DNA of 64,000 nucleotides from an uncultured Chlamydiae bacterium (GTDB taxonomy: Bacteria; Chlamydiota; Chlamydiia; Chlamydiales; Parachlamydiaceae). Shown here piece after piece: positions 55,767 through 64,000 of this stretch. The notes beneath the pieces were generated by a model that saw nothing but the letters and a program-made list of their open reading frames with translations, was not told where the DNA came from and did no database searches. The stretch is from the NCBI GenBank assembly GCA_963830365.1, contig CAWHMU010000045.1, positions 143,036 to 207,035 of the forward strand, in the 5' to 3' direction. The position numbers and the translations under genes were made by a program. The first letter of the stretch is position 1, and every line of letters begins with the position of its first letter.

Positions 55767-57266
55767 ATGAGCAATCCCAGGGCCGCACAAAATGATAGCT
55801 ATTGGATGATGATCTGGCGGCAGTTTTACAAGCATAGGCTCGGACGGACAGCGCTATGGGTGGTGCTGGCTTTCTGCATTGTCGCCATCTATGCCCCATT
55901 TCTGGCCGCCGGCAAGCCTTTTGTCGTGCAGTATGATGGCGCATGGTATTTTCCCCTTTTCCGCTACCTCTTTTATGCCGGCTACTATACCAAGCGCCTT
56001 GATATCTTCTTCAACCTGCTCATCTTCACAGTCCCTTTGGCTCTTTTGGCCTTCTATCTATGGCGCCAGCAGGTCGATAAGCTGGGGACGGCCTGGCTTA
56101 CGCTCTTCGCCTTGCAGATAGCCTTTTTTCTTTATTTCGGCTACGGGCCGGCCCAGGACCCGGCCTTTGACGCCTCCTTAAGCGCCAAGCGACAGCAGGA
56201 ACTGGCCGCACATCCGCTGCCTAGCTGGGATGCCGACCTGCGCTACATGAGCCCCTATGCCAAGCTGAATCTGGCCCTGCGCTACCAGAAGCGTCTGGCC
56301 CAGCAGCTACGTCTGCAGGCCTATGTGCCCGATCTGCCGAAGCTGCCTACCCTCTGGCAGCGCGATAAGGACAATAGCGACCAGGAAATCGCCCGCCAAG
56401 AGGCGCTTTTGCAGTCGTTGCCAAAAGATAGCCCGTCTTATCGAAAGGTCGAGGCCTCGCTAAAATATCTTCTCGATAGGCAGCAATGGATCGAAGCGCA
56501 GCAGCCCAAGCTAAAATACGAAATCATGCCGCTGCTGCGTCCTTTCCACTGGGAGGAAGATGCCGGCGGCAGCCAGAGTCTTAATCACCAGCTGCCATTC
56601 TGGGAGCTGACGCGCATCAACCGCAAAGACTTGCTTGCCGCCCTGATCTTCGGCGTACGCATTTCGCTCGTCGTCGGCATCCTGGCCATCTCGCTGGCGC
56701 TTTCCATCGGCTTGCCCGTCGGCGCCTATGCCGGCTTCTACGGCGGCAACTTCGATATCGTCGTCAGCCGCCTGCTCGAAATCTGGGAAGCGATGCCCAC
56801 TTTCTTCATGCTGCTGATGGTGGTGGCCATCATGCAAAGCAAATCGATCTTCCTCGTCATCAGCGTCATCGGAATCTTTGGCTGGACCACTTTTAGCCGC
56901 TATATCAGAGGTGAATTCTTCAAGCAGCGCAACCTGCCCTACGTCGAAGCCTGCCGTTCCCTGGGCTTCAATGACTCCTACATCATGTTCTCCCACATCA
57001 TGCCCAACGCCATCCCGCCGCTGCTCACCCTCATCCCTTTCGCCATCATGGGCGCCATCACCAGCGAAGCCGGCCTATCCTTCCTCGGTCTCGGCGAAGA
57101 AGGCTCCTGCTCCTGGGGCGTACTCATGGCCGAAGGCAGATCCGCCTTCCCCGGCGAAAGCTACCTGCTCTGGCCCCCCGCCATCCTGCTCACCATCCTG
57201 CTCGTCGCTATCGCCCTGGTCGGCGACTCCATCCGCGATGCCCTCGATCCCAAAATGCACCGCTAG
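55767..57266 (+). CDS. oppC: Oligopeptide ABC permease
   Basis: YVEACRSLG EAA loop, EAGLSFLGLG, GDSIRDALDP. Confidence 0.93.
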   Translation: MSNPRAAQNDSYWMMIWRQFYKHRLGRTALWVVLAFCIVAIYAPFLAAGKPFVVQYDGAWYFPLFRYLFYAGYYTKRLDIFFNLLIFTVPLALLAFYLWRQQVDKLGTAWLTLFALQIAFFLYFGYGPAQDPAFDASLSAKRQQELAAHPLPSWDADLRYMSPYAKLNLALRYQKRLAQQLRLQAYVPDLPKLPTLWQRDKDNSDQEIARQEALLQSLPKDSPSYRKVEASLKYLLDRQQWIEAQQPKLKYEIMPLLRPFHWEEDAGGSQSLNHQLPFWELTRINRKDLLAALIFGVRISLVVGILAISLALSIGLPVGAYAGFYGGNFDIVVSRLLEIWEAMPTFFMLLMVVAIMQSKSIFLVISVIGIFGWTTFSRYIRGEFFKQRNLPYVEACRSLGFNDSYIMFSHIMPNAIPPLLTLIPFAIMGAITSEAGLSFLGLGEEGSCSWGVLMAEGRSAFPGESYLLWPPAILLTILLVAIALVGDSIRDALDPKMHR

Positions 57267-57277
57267 CAAGGGAAGAG

Positions 57278-57347
57278 GTGGGGGAGGAGCGCCGCTCCTC
57301 CCCCACACCCCCTCCTCGCCAAAGGGCACGCCCTCTGGACTCCCTTT
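57278..57347. repeat. GC-rich hairpin element after oppC (terminator or REP-like)
   Basis: GGGGAGGAGC-GCC-GCTCCTCCCC stem, followed by ACACCCCC...CCCTCTGGACTCCC. Confidence 0.55.
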
Positions 57348-57492
57348 GGCCTGGTTTTGCGGGCCCGGTAAGTGTGTGCAGGAACATTCATAAATGGCGC
57401 CAGCCGGCATATGGCTGTCGCTATTGGCCGGATTGTGCTTGCTAATGATTTAGAGAAATAATATGCAGGATTTTCAGGATTATGGAGGAAAC

Positions 57493-57816
57493 ATGAGCGC
57501 TTGGCTGTGGTTGCTATTAGCTATCTTTTTTGAGGTGGGTGGGACGACGTCACTGAAATATTCGGCGGGGTTGAGCAAAACCATGCCTGTTGTTTTGACA
57601 GCGATCCTTTATGTGATCAGCTTCACCTGCCTTGGCATCACGTTGAAAAAGATGGAGGTCGGTTTGGCCTACGCCATCTGGTCAGGGTTGGGCACGGCCC
57701 TGATAGCCTGTATAGGCATCGCCATCTTCGGGGAGTCATTATCCATCTTGAAGGTGATTTCGCTGATGCTGATCATCGCCGGCGTGGTGGGTTTAAACCT
57801 CTCTATAGTGCATTAG
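57493..57816 (+). CDS. SMR-family small multidrug transporter
   Basis: WLLLAIFFEVGGT, AYAIWSGLGT; 4 TMs; GGAGG RBS before ATG 57493. Confidence 0.92.
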   Translation: MSAWLWLLLAIFFEVGGTTSLKYSAGLSKTMPVVLTAILYVISFTCLGITLKKMEVGLAYAIWSGLGTALIACIGIAIFGESLSILKVISLMLIIAGVVGLNLSIVH

Positions 57817-57868
57817 GAAGTAAATGATTGGGCACGTGCCCAATTTGTTGCACGCTTCCTTAGCCTCA

Positions 57869-59290
57869 TTAGCTGAAGATGGCCTTGATGAGGTAGAAGA
57901 AGCCGATGGTGACGACGGCGCCGGCAGGGACGGTGACGATCCAGGAAAGAAATATATAGCGCGTAGTCCTTAGATCCAGCGCCTCAATGCCGCGGGCCAT
58001 GCCCACGCCGATGACCGAGCCGACCAGGATATGGGTGGTGGAAACGGGCAGCCCTAGGCGCGAGGCGATAAGGATGGTGGCGGCGGCGCCGAATTCGGCG
58101 GAGAAACCGCGTGTCGGCGTGAGCTCGGTGATTTTCTTGCCGATGGTTTCGATGACGCGCCAGCCCCAGGTCGCAAGGCCAATGACGATGCCGACGCCGC
58201 CCAAGGCCAGCGTCCAGGTGGGCACGACGGCGTGCGTAGCGATGACACCGGTGGTGAGTACACCTACCGCGGCAGAGAGGGGGCCAATGGCATTGGCGAC
58301 GTCGTTCGCTCCGTGGGCAAAGGCCATCAGGCAGGCGCTCATGATCTGCAGATAACCAAAGATCTTTTCGACCAGGGCATATTCGGCGCTTTCGCGTCCG
58401 GTTTCTTCCTTTATTTTGAGGGACTCAGACAGTATTTGCACTTCATCCAGCAGCTCAGTAGCCTGGTATTGGATGGTGCCGCGCGAGGCCGCCTGTACCT
58501 GCAGCAGGTGGCGGCGGGCCTTCTCCAGTTGGTTGGAGACTTCGGGGTGGTATTCGGCCGGGGATTTATGAGACATCAGCATGGGGGTGATGAAGCGCAG
58601 CAGGAATTTGCCGATCAGGGCGCCGATAAGGCCGCAGCCGGCACTGATGGCACAGGCTTGCAGGAAGGTGAATTGTAGCTCTATATTGCTCAAGCCTTTA
58701 TATAGCATGATCAGCGAGAGGATAAAGACCACGCTGAAGACAAGTGAAGGCGTGATTTTTTTGGCCGCCTCGACAGGGTTGTGGGCATAGAAAATATGGC
58801 GCCTTAATAAGTTGAAGATGCAATACGAGGCAAGGCCGCCCAAGACAGGGGAGATAATCCAGCTGGAGGCGATGAATGCGACATTTTCCCAGTAAATGGC
58901 TTCCAGGCCACCGACGACAGTGCCGAAGCCGACGACGGCGCCGACGATGGTGTGGGTGGTGGATACCGGCCAGCCATAATATGACGCCAGCTGCAGCCAG
59001 ACGCCGGCCGCAAGCAGGGCCGACAGCATGCCATAGACTAAGACAAGGGGGTCTTTGAATATATCCGAATCGACGATGCCATTTTGGATTGTCTCAGAGA
59101 CATGTGAGCCCAAAAAGAAGGCTCCTGAAAATTCCAGCACGGCAGCGATGATGACGGCCTGCTTTAAGGTCAGCGCACCAGAACCAACAGACGTGCCCAT
59201 GGCATTGGCGACATCATTAGCTCCAATATTCCATGCCATATAAGCGCCGGCCAAGACGACTAAAATTAACAGCACCGTTTCCAAGGTCAT
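57869..59290 (-). CDS. pit: Inorganic phosphate transporter (PiT family)
   Basis: Two GANDVAN signature motifs, PVSTTH. Confidence 0.95.
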   Translation of the reverse strand: MTLETVLLILVVLAGAYMAWNIGANDVANAMGTSVGSGALTLKQAVIIAAVLEFSGAFFLGSHVSETIQNGIVDSDIFKDPLVLVYGMLSALLAAGVWLQLASYYGWPVSTTHTIVGAVVGFGTVVGGLEAIYWENVAFIASSWIISPVLGGLASYCIFNLLRRHIFYAHNPVEAAKKITPSLVFSVVFILSLIMLYKGLSNIELQFTFLQACAISAGCGLIGALIGKFLLRFITPMLMSHKSPAEYHPEVSNQLEKARRHLLQVQAASRGTIQYQATELLDEVQILSESLKIKEETGRESAEYALVEKIFGYLQIMSACLMAFAHGANDVANAIGPLSAAVGVLTTGVIATHAVVPTWTLALGGVGIVIGLATWGWRVIETIGKKITELTPTRGFSAEFGAAATILIASRLGLPVSTTHILVGSVIGVGMARGIEALDLRTTRYIFLSWIVTVPAGAVVTIGFFYLIKAIFS

Positions 59291-59321
59291 GCATTCATCC
59301 TTAATTTATTCATTTATTTAT

Positions 59322-59999
59322 TTATTTTAACTCTAGGGTCAGGCGGATGCGTAAGGCCAGGTTTTCCGATAGATTAGAAATGGCCGCCACAGCTTCGCAA
59401 ATCTTCTGCCACAGATGAAAGGTGGTGTAGCTCATCTCATTTTCGGCCTGGAAAAGTTTCTTCAGCAGCTGCCGCTGCATGAGATCGACTTCATGTTCTT
59501 TAAAACACACGTCTTCGACCATGGAACGCACCTTTTCGGCCTCGAGGCCGCCAAAAGAAGACTCCAACAGCTCGTGCATTTCCTTGATAATGCGCAGCGC
59601 GCCGTCGAAGGCGACGATGTTTTTATGCAGGAAATCATTAAATTCAGCCTTGAAGGACGGCAGCAATTCGATGGGTTTGATGGTGACCAGCACGGCGATA
59701 TCTTCGGCTTTATCGGCGATTTGGTCCTGGATATTTAATATTTCGAACAGATGACTACGGTCGATCGGCAGAAATAAGCTCTTGGGAAGATGGATGCGGA
59801 TATCATTTTTAGTGATATCGGCCTGATGTTCGAGTTCGCCGATATGATTGGCGATTTGTTCCAAAGCGGCGTAATCGCGTTTTTCCAGGGCCTGGAAAAG
59901 ATCGACCAGCAGATGGACGCAGGCCGAGGCTTTTTGCATATGCGATTGCAAGGGTGCAAAGGGGGAACGTCCAAAAAGATTGAGGATGGTGCCTAACAT
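59322..59999 (-). CDS. DUF47 / PhoU-like Pit accessory protein
   Basis: LFGRSPFAPLQSH, EHQAD, EHEVD; upstream of pit; probable start ATG 59999. Confidence 0.9.
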   Translation of the reverse strand: MLGTILNLFGRSPFAPLQSHMQKASACVHLLVDLFQALEKRDYAALEQIANHIGELEHQADITKNDIRIHLPKSLFLPIDRSHLFEILNIQDQIADKAEDIAVLVTIKPIELLPSFKAEFNDFLHKNIVAFDGALRIIKEMHELLESSFGGLEAEKVRSMVEDVCFKEHEVDLMQRQLLKKLFQAENEMSYTTFHLWQKICEAVAAISNLSENLALRIRLTLELK

Positions 60000-60016
60000 A
60001 GTTGAATAGATCCTTA

Positions 60017-60180
60017 GAGGGTGTTCAAAAACTTCGAAGGCCTGTATTTGAAATTTTTTTCTGCCCAGGTAAGCGTGCCAAGGCCTGGTCAATATTTGGC
60101 TAATATGGCCCAGGCCTTGGCACGCTTACCTGGGCGAAAAGAATTCAAATCCGGGTGATTCCAAGTTTTTGAACACCCTC
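60017..60180. mobile_element. 164-bp MITE with IS5-family-like ends and a TTA target duplication
   Basis: Terminal IR GAGGGTGTTCAAAAACTT / AAGTTTTTGAACACCCTC; TTA at 60014-60016 and 60181-60183; perfect inner 25-bp IR at 60063-60087 / 60111-60135. Confidence 0.8.
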
Positions 60181-60303
60181 TTACGTTTAGGCAAAATTAT
60201 ACAGGATTTAAGAATTCTTGATAAAGACGATAAAGTCAAACCCTACATTTACTTAAAAGTAAATAATTGATAAAATGAAAAGTGAGCTACATAAGGTATT
60301 ATT

Positions 60304-60753
60304 ATGGCAACAATCGATAAGCTAGACCTAAGTGTCTATAACCTCTATGCCATCCGCACCAAGATGATCGAACAGATCAATCAGCAGATGCGTTTTGATC
60401 AGGCATCCAGTATCCCTCCCCAGACGCATGTGGTGGATACTTATCCTAAATTGACGGAGCTGGATTTGCTCTTGGGTATCGTTCCCTTGCATACCCCGTG
60501 GGCCTATTTCTATCCCCCTTTGAAGTATGGCACTACCCGGCGCTCACCCTTTGCCTTTTACCGCGTAGCGCCCAGCATGGGGTCGCTAGAAGACCAGGAA
60601 AAAGAGGAGCATTTGCTGGATTCTATCGAATGCCGCACACCGGAAGAGGAAAACGAAAAGTCTGCCATCAAGAACTGCTTTAAACAAATAGGGCAAATTA
60701 ATCGCTGGTTGGGTTACATTGTCGGAAGAGTGGGACAGTTCTTACAAGGCTAA
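60304..60753 (+). CDS. Conserved chlamydial protein (DUF5399 / CT273-like)
   Basis: Recalled family resemblance; paired with the downstream TPR chaperone-like gene. Confidence 0.6.
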   Translation: MATIDKLDLSVYNLYAIRTKMIEQINQQMRFDQASSIPPQTHVVDTYPKLTELDLLLGIVPLHTPWAYFYPPLKYGTTRRSPFAFYRVAPSMGSLEDQEKEEHLLDSIECRTPEEENEKSAIKNCFKQIGQINRWLGYIVGRVGQFLQG

Positions 60754-60756
60754 AAT

Positions 60757-61152
60757 ATGAGTAGAATCAATTGGTGCCAGCAGCTGGGCTGGACGGCCGA
60801 GCATCTGGACGATTTGCGCCTGACGGGGTATGCCTATCTGCGCCAGGGCAAATATGATATCGCCATCCCTTTTTTTGAAGCTTTGGCCGTACTCGATCCT
60901 GAAAGCGCTTATGATGCCCAAACGCTGGGGGCGCTCTATATGCAGCTCGGCAATGGGCCAAAGGCCCTTAAATGGCTGGATCGCGCGCTTAAAATGGAGA
61001 CCAATCACGGGCCGACATTGCTCAATCTATGCAAAACTTTCTTCATGATGGGCAAGAAGGAGGAGGGGCTTAAACTAGCCCATATCCTCAAAAATGAACC
61101 CGACCCTGCCATTTTCAATGTCGCCGCAGCCTTGATTCTAGCCTACGGCTAA
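60757..61152 (+). CDS. TPR type III secretion chaperone-like protein (CT274-like)
   Basis: LGWT...GYAYLRQGKYDIA; short TPR protein. Confidence 0.75.
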   Translation: MSRINWCQQLGWTAEHLDDLRLTGYAYLRQGKYDIAIPFFEALAVLDPESAYDAQTLGALYMQLGNGPKALKWLDRALKMETNHGPTLLNLCKTFFMMGKKEEGLKLAHILKNEPDPAIFNVAAALILAYG

Positions 61153-61158
61153 CCAAAA

Positions 61159-62334
61159 TCAGCGGCGCAGCACTTCTTTTAGGTTTCTGACGATCTCTTC
61201 GACATCATCTTCAGTCAAATCGGCATATAGCGGCAATGACAAGGCATGGGCATAATGACGTTCCATTTCCGGGAAGTACTCACTAAGGTCGCCGGCCTGC
61301 CTGACAAAGAAGGGGTGGCGATAGACAGGGATGTAATGCAGCTGGGAGCCGATGCCGTGCGCGTTGAGAGCTTCCATTACTGCCTGGCGTGAGGTTCTAA
61401 AGTACTTGAAATCAATCAGCACGGCACATAGATGCGGCGCGATCTGGCAGCCGTCGGTTGGGGCTAGCACCTGTACCGACTCATTGCCGGCTAGGCTTCG
61501 CTTATAGACTTCCATCAGCTGCTGCCGTTTTTCCACAAAGGCATCCAAACGCTTCAACTGGCTTAAGCCCAAAGCCGCCTGCATTTCGGTGAAATTATAG
61601 TTGCCTGTCAGGGCGACGACTTCATAATACCATGGCGCGGCTGTGCCTTCCAGAAATTGGGGATCGCGCTCCATGCCATTATTGCGGAATAGGCGCAGCC
61701 GGTGATACAAATTAGCATCATTGGTCGTCACCATCCCCCCTTCACCGGTAGTGATGGTCTTGGCGGGATGGAAACTGAAAGTCGTCATCTGGCTAAAGGT
61801 ACAGCTACCGACTTTGCTGCCGTCTTTGTAATGGGAGCCTATGGCGTGTGCCGCATCTTCGATGATGACGGTGTTTATATCTGTCAGGCTGGCATCGATG
61901 GCCTGCACATCGACCGGGATGCCGGCAAAGTGTACCGGCACAATGGCCGTTTTGCCTCTTGAATTGGGCTGGTTGATATTGTGGGCTAAATGCTCAAGGT
62001 TGATATTTCCGGTGGCGCGGTCGATATCCACAAATACGGGCGTCGCCCCGCGCTGCATGCCGGCGCCGACAGAGGAAACGAAGGTATTCGGCGTGGTGAT
62101 GATGCGGTCATTTAAGCCTATGTCTGCCGCAAAGTAGGCTGCCATCAAGGCCGCTGTGCCGCTATTGAAAGCTACGGCATATTCCGCGCCGCAGTAGGCC
62201 GTAACCGCTTGTTCAAAAGCTTCGACCAGCGGACCGCGCGTGATGACGGGCTGCGCCAGCGCCCGGCCGACCTCTTCAATGTCTTCAGCTGAAATGCTTT
62301 GATGCGCATAAGGAAAGAATTTTTTATCGGTCAT
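61159..62334 (-). CDS. DegT/DnrJ/EryC1/StrS sugar aminotransferase (PseC-like)
   Basis: NSGTAAL, IEDAAHAIG, FSFHPAKTITTGEGG; probable start ATG 62334. Confidence 0.92.
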   Translation of the reverse strand: MTDKKFFPYAHQSISAEDIEEVGRALAQPVITRGPLVEAFEQAVTAYCGAEYAVAFNSGTAALMAAYFAADIGLNDRIITTPNTFVSSVGAGMQRGATPVFVDIDRATGNINLEHLAHNINQPNSRGKTAIVPVHFAGIPVDVQAIDASLTDINTVIIEDAAHAIGSHYKDGSKVGSCTFSQMTTFSFHPAKTITTGEGGMVTTNDANLYHRLRLFRNNGMERDPQFLEGTAAPWYYEVVALTGNYNFTEMQAALGLSQLKRLDAFVEKRQQLMEVYKRSLAGNESVQVLAPTDGCQIAPHLCAVLIDFKYFRTSRQAVMEALNAHGIGSQLHYIPVYRHPFFVRQAGDLSEYFPEMERHYAHALSLPLYADLTEDDVEEIVRNLKEVLRR

Positions 62335-62495
62335 GACTAAAATATTTGCTTTAAGGGTTGTTGCGAATTTATTAGAATGCCGTTTTAGGCTCACGTCTGT
62401 CAATAGCTTAATTTGGGGGGGAGGAAGATAGGGACTAAGGCACGATATTCATTTTAGATTCTTTTGGCTGCTTTCTTTGGGTTTGGGTACGTTGC

Positions 62496-62845
62496 CTAAA
62501 AATCGCCCCAATTCATCGTCTGGGGGCCGGATAATTTCTTGTCGACATCTTTAAGGAAGTCAGCCACCAGCCGGTCTTCTGCCGGGGAGAGAACGTAACT
62601 TTTTTTAATAACGGTCTGGTTATCCTGATTTTTCCAGAACGCATCAGGTAATTTTCCAGCCCCTTGCATGTTAGCTAGGTCTTCAATTTTATTCTTGATT
62701 TGTTGCACGCTTTGCTGCAACGATGCTTTATCCTTTTCCGATAAACCGCGCGATGCCAAGGTTTCTTTAAGCTGTGTGTCCAAAATAGATATGCCTGCTT
62801 CATCCGGTTTGAACAACTTGCACTGCTCGGCCGTCAATGTTACAC
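62496..62845 (-). CDS. C-terminal part of a hypothetical protein, truncated by the junction at ~62845
   Basis: Open frame with host-like composition running up to the abrupt GC shift. Confidence 0.5.
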
Positions 62846-62934
62846 GATGATGCCGAGCATGGTGAGAAACGCCCGCATCTTGTTGCGCGTGATGGCAAAC
62901 AAGGCCAGCTTCCAGGGAACTCCAGCAGCGCCAT
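62846..62934 (-). pseudogene. N-terminal fragment of a MacB-like ABC permease with indels
   Basis: After correcting indels it reads MALLEFL.LALFAITRNKMRAFLTMLGII, then breaks off. Confidence 0.7.
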
Positions 62935-62947
62935 GGCGGGACTCGGG

Positions 62948-63650
62948 CTAACGCCGCATGGGATTGCCGCCCAGGGGGGCCGGGCCACCGGTGGTGGGCT
63001 TGCCATTCTCCACACCCACCAGGACCTGCATGCCTTCCTGGACACCTTCACCCGAGACTTCGGTGAACTGGCCATCGGTGATGCCTGCCTTCACGACCAC
63101 CGCCTTGGGCTTGCCATTCTCCAGCACCCAGACCCGGTCCTCGCGCTTGGCCATCACACCGCCATGGGTACCTGAACCGCTCTGGGCCGCGGGGCGGGCA
63201 CCGCCGCCGGGACCCTGCCCGGAACGGGGTGTTTCGGCCTTCTTCTCGTCCTTCAGGAACGCCGCAGGGTTGAACCGCAGGGCCGCATTGGGCAACCGGA
63301 GCACATCCCTTCGCTGGTTGGTGATGATGGTGACGTTGGCGGTCATGCCGGGCCGGAGGGCCAGGCTGCCGGTGAACCTCGGGCCGCCAAGGAGGCTGGC
63401 GCCTCCGGGGGTCCGGGCCAGGGCACCGGGGTCGCCCGCCGCAGGGGTGCTCGCCTGGGGCAGCGGGGGTCGCCCCTGGCCGGCCATGCGCGCCTTGAAG
63501 CGCTGCAGGAACTCCGCCTTGGTCGTCCCTTCGGGCAGACGATCCTTCATCCGCTCCCAGGCCTTCTCGGGATCGGGCGCGCCCTCGCGCCCACCGGGGG
63601 TCTGCCCGGCCACGGCAGGGCGGGGCGTTGCGCGCCCTCGGACAGGCCTG
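62948..63650 (-). pseudogene. C-terminal fragment of a MacA-like periplasmic adaptor (foreign, GC-rich)
   Basis: LRPGMTANVTI...VLRLPNAALRF...VKAGITDGQFTEV; the N-terminal domains are missing. Confidence 0.75.
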
Positions 63651-63769
63651 GGTGGACGGCAAACTCGACATCGCTGCGGAGCATTTCGCCAGTGCCGCCG
63701 TGAATGAGACGGTTGAGCGCAGCATATGAATCGGCTGCAATCGTTCAAGGCTCACCACGAGTCCTCGTC

Positions 63770-64000
63770 GGGCTCAGTTAGTGGGCACCGTCGCGAGCTT
63801 GGTGCAGTTGGGTTTGCTACGGCGGCTCGAAGGAATGGCTTGGCGGCTGTGTATCTCGGCCCCGATCTCCCCGAAACCGCGTGGCTGAATGCTGCGTCGA
63901 GGCACCGCAGATGCGGTCGTGCTATCCGTCGTGACAGCCCAGGAGGCCGCAGTGGCACGAGCGCTGATTGAGCGCATGGCGGCAGAGCAGCAAATGGTGA
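63770..64000 (+). pseudogene. Fragment resembling a cobalamin-binding domain (CarH/LitR-like), frameshifted
   Basis: ELGAVGFATAARRNGLAAVYLGPDLP resembles the B12-binding motif; the frame is lost afterwards. Confidence 0.45.

Noticed and set aside
57350..57492. Guanidine riboswitch upstream of the SMR gene
   Set aside because: I could not find twin ACGR-loop hairpins or other ykkC-type consensus features.
60000..60092. N-terminal extension of DUF47 in the ORF track
   Set aside because: It runs through the MITE; the family-like N-terminus begins at ATG 59999.
1..64000. tRNA, rRNA or tmRNA genes
   Set aside because: No cloverleaf/T-loop or rRNA signature was recognised by eye; a tRNAscan/Infernal run would be needed to exclude them.

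Overview
Most of the window (1 to about 62840) looks like chromosome from an environmental Chlamydiae (Parachlamydiales-like). Evidence: hctA, the chlamydial gene orders hctA-rlmD...yajC, trpS-uvrB, alaS-mfd, oppABC and DUF47-pit, and a CT273/CT274-like pair. Several accessory systems sit on this backbone. (1) An ~8.7 kb cyclic-nucleotide signalling island lies between rlmD and yajC: CHASE2 adenylate cyclase (1-nt frameshift), FecR, a ShlB-type barrel, a YVTN/IPT surface protein, a GAF-PP2C phosphatase and an MBL hydrolase. (2) A REP/RAYT system has a tandem double-domain Y1 transposase flanked 2+2 by ~115-bp GTAG-type REPs. (3) A group II intron is inserted in one REP, and its EBS1/EBS2 are complementary to the REP. 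(4) A GxxExxY PD-(D/E)xK nuclease gene is bracketed by ~30-bp periodic inverted repeats and followed by four ~152-bp gene-less copies of the same element; related 9-nt-periodic palindromes occur in many intergenic regions. This is the best candidate for an undescribed mobile/repeat system. (5) An IS5-like MITE and a ~350-bp nested palindrome are also present. The last ~1.15 kb is GC-rich, indel-ridden foreign sequence and probably an assembly chimera. All calls come from reading the sequence; no searches were run.
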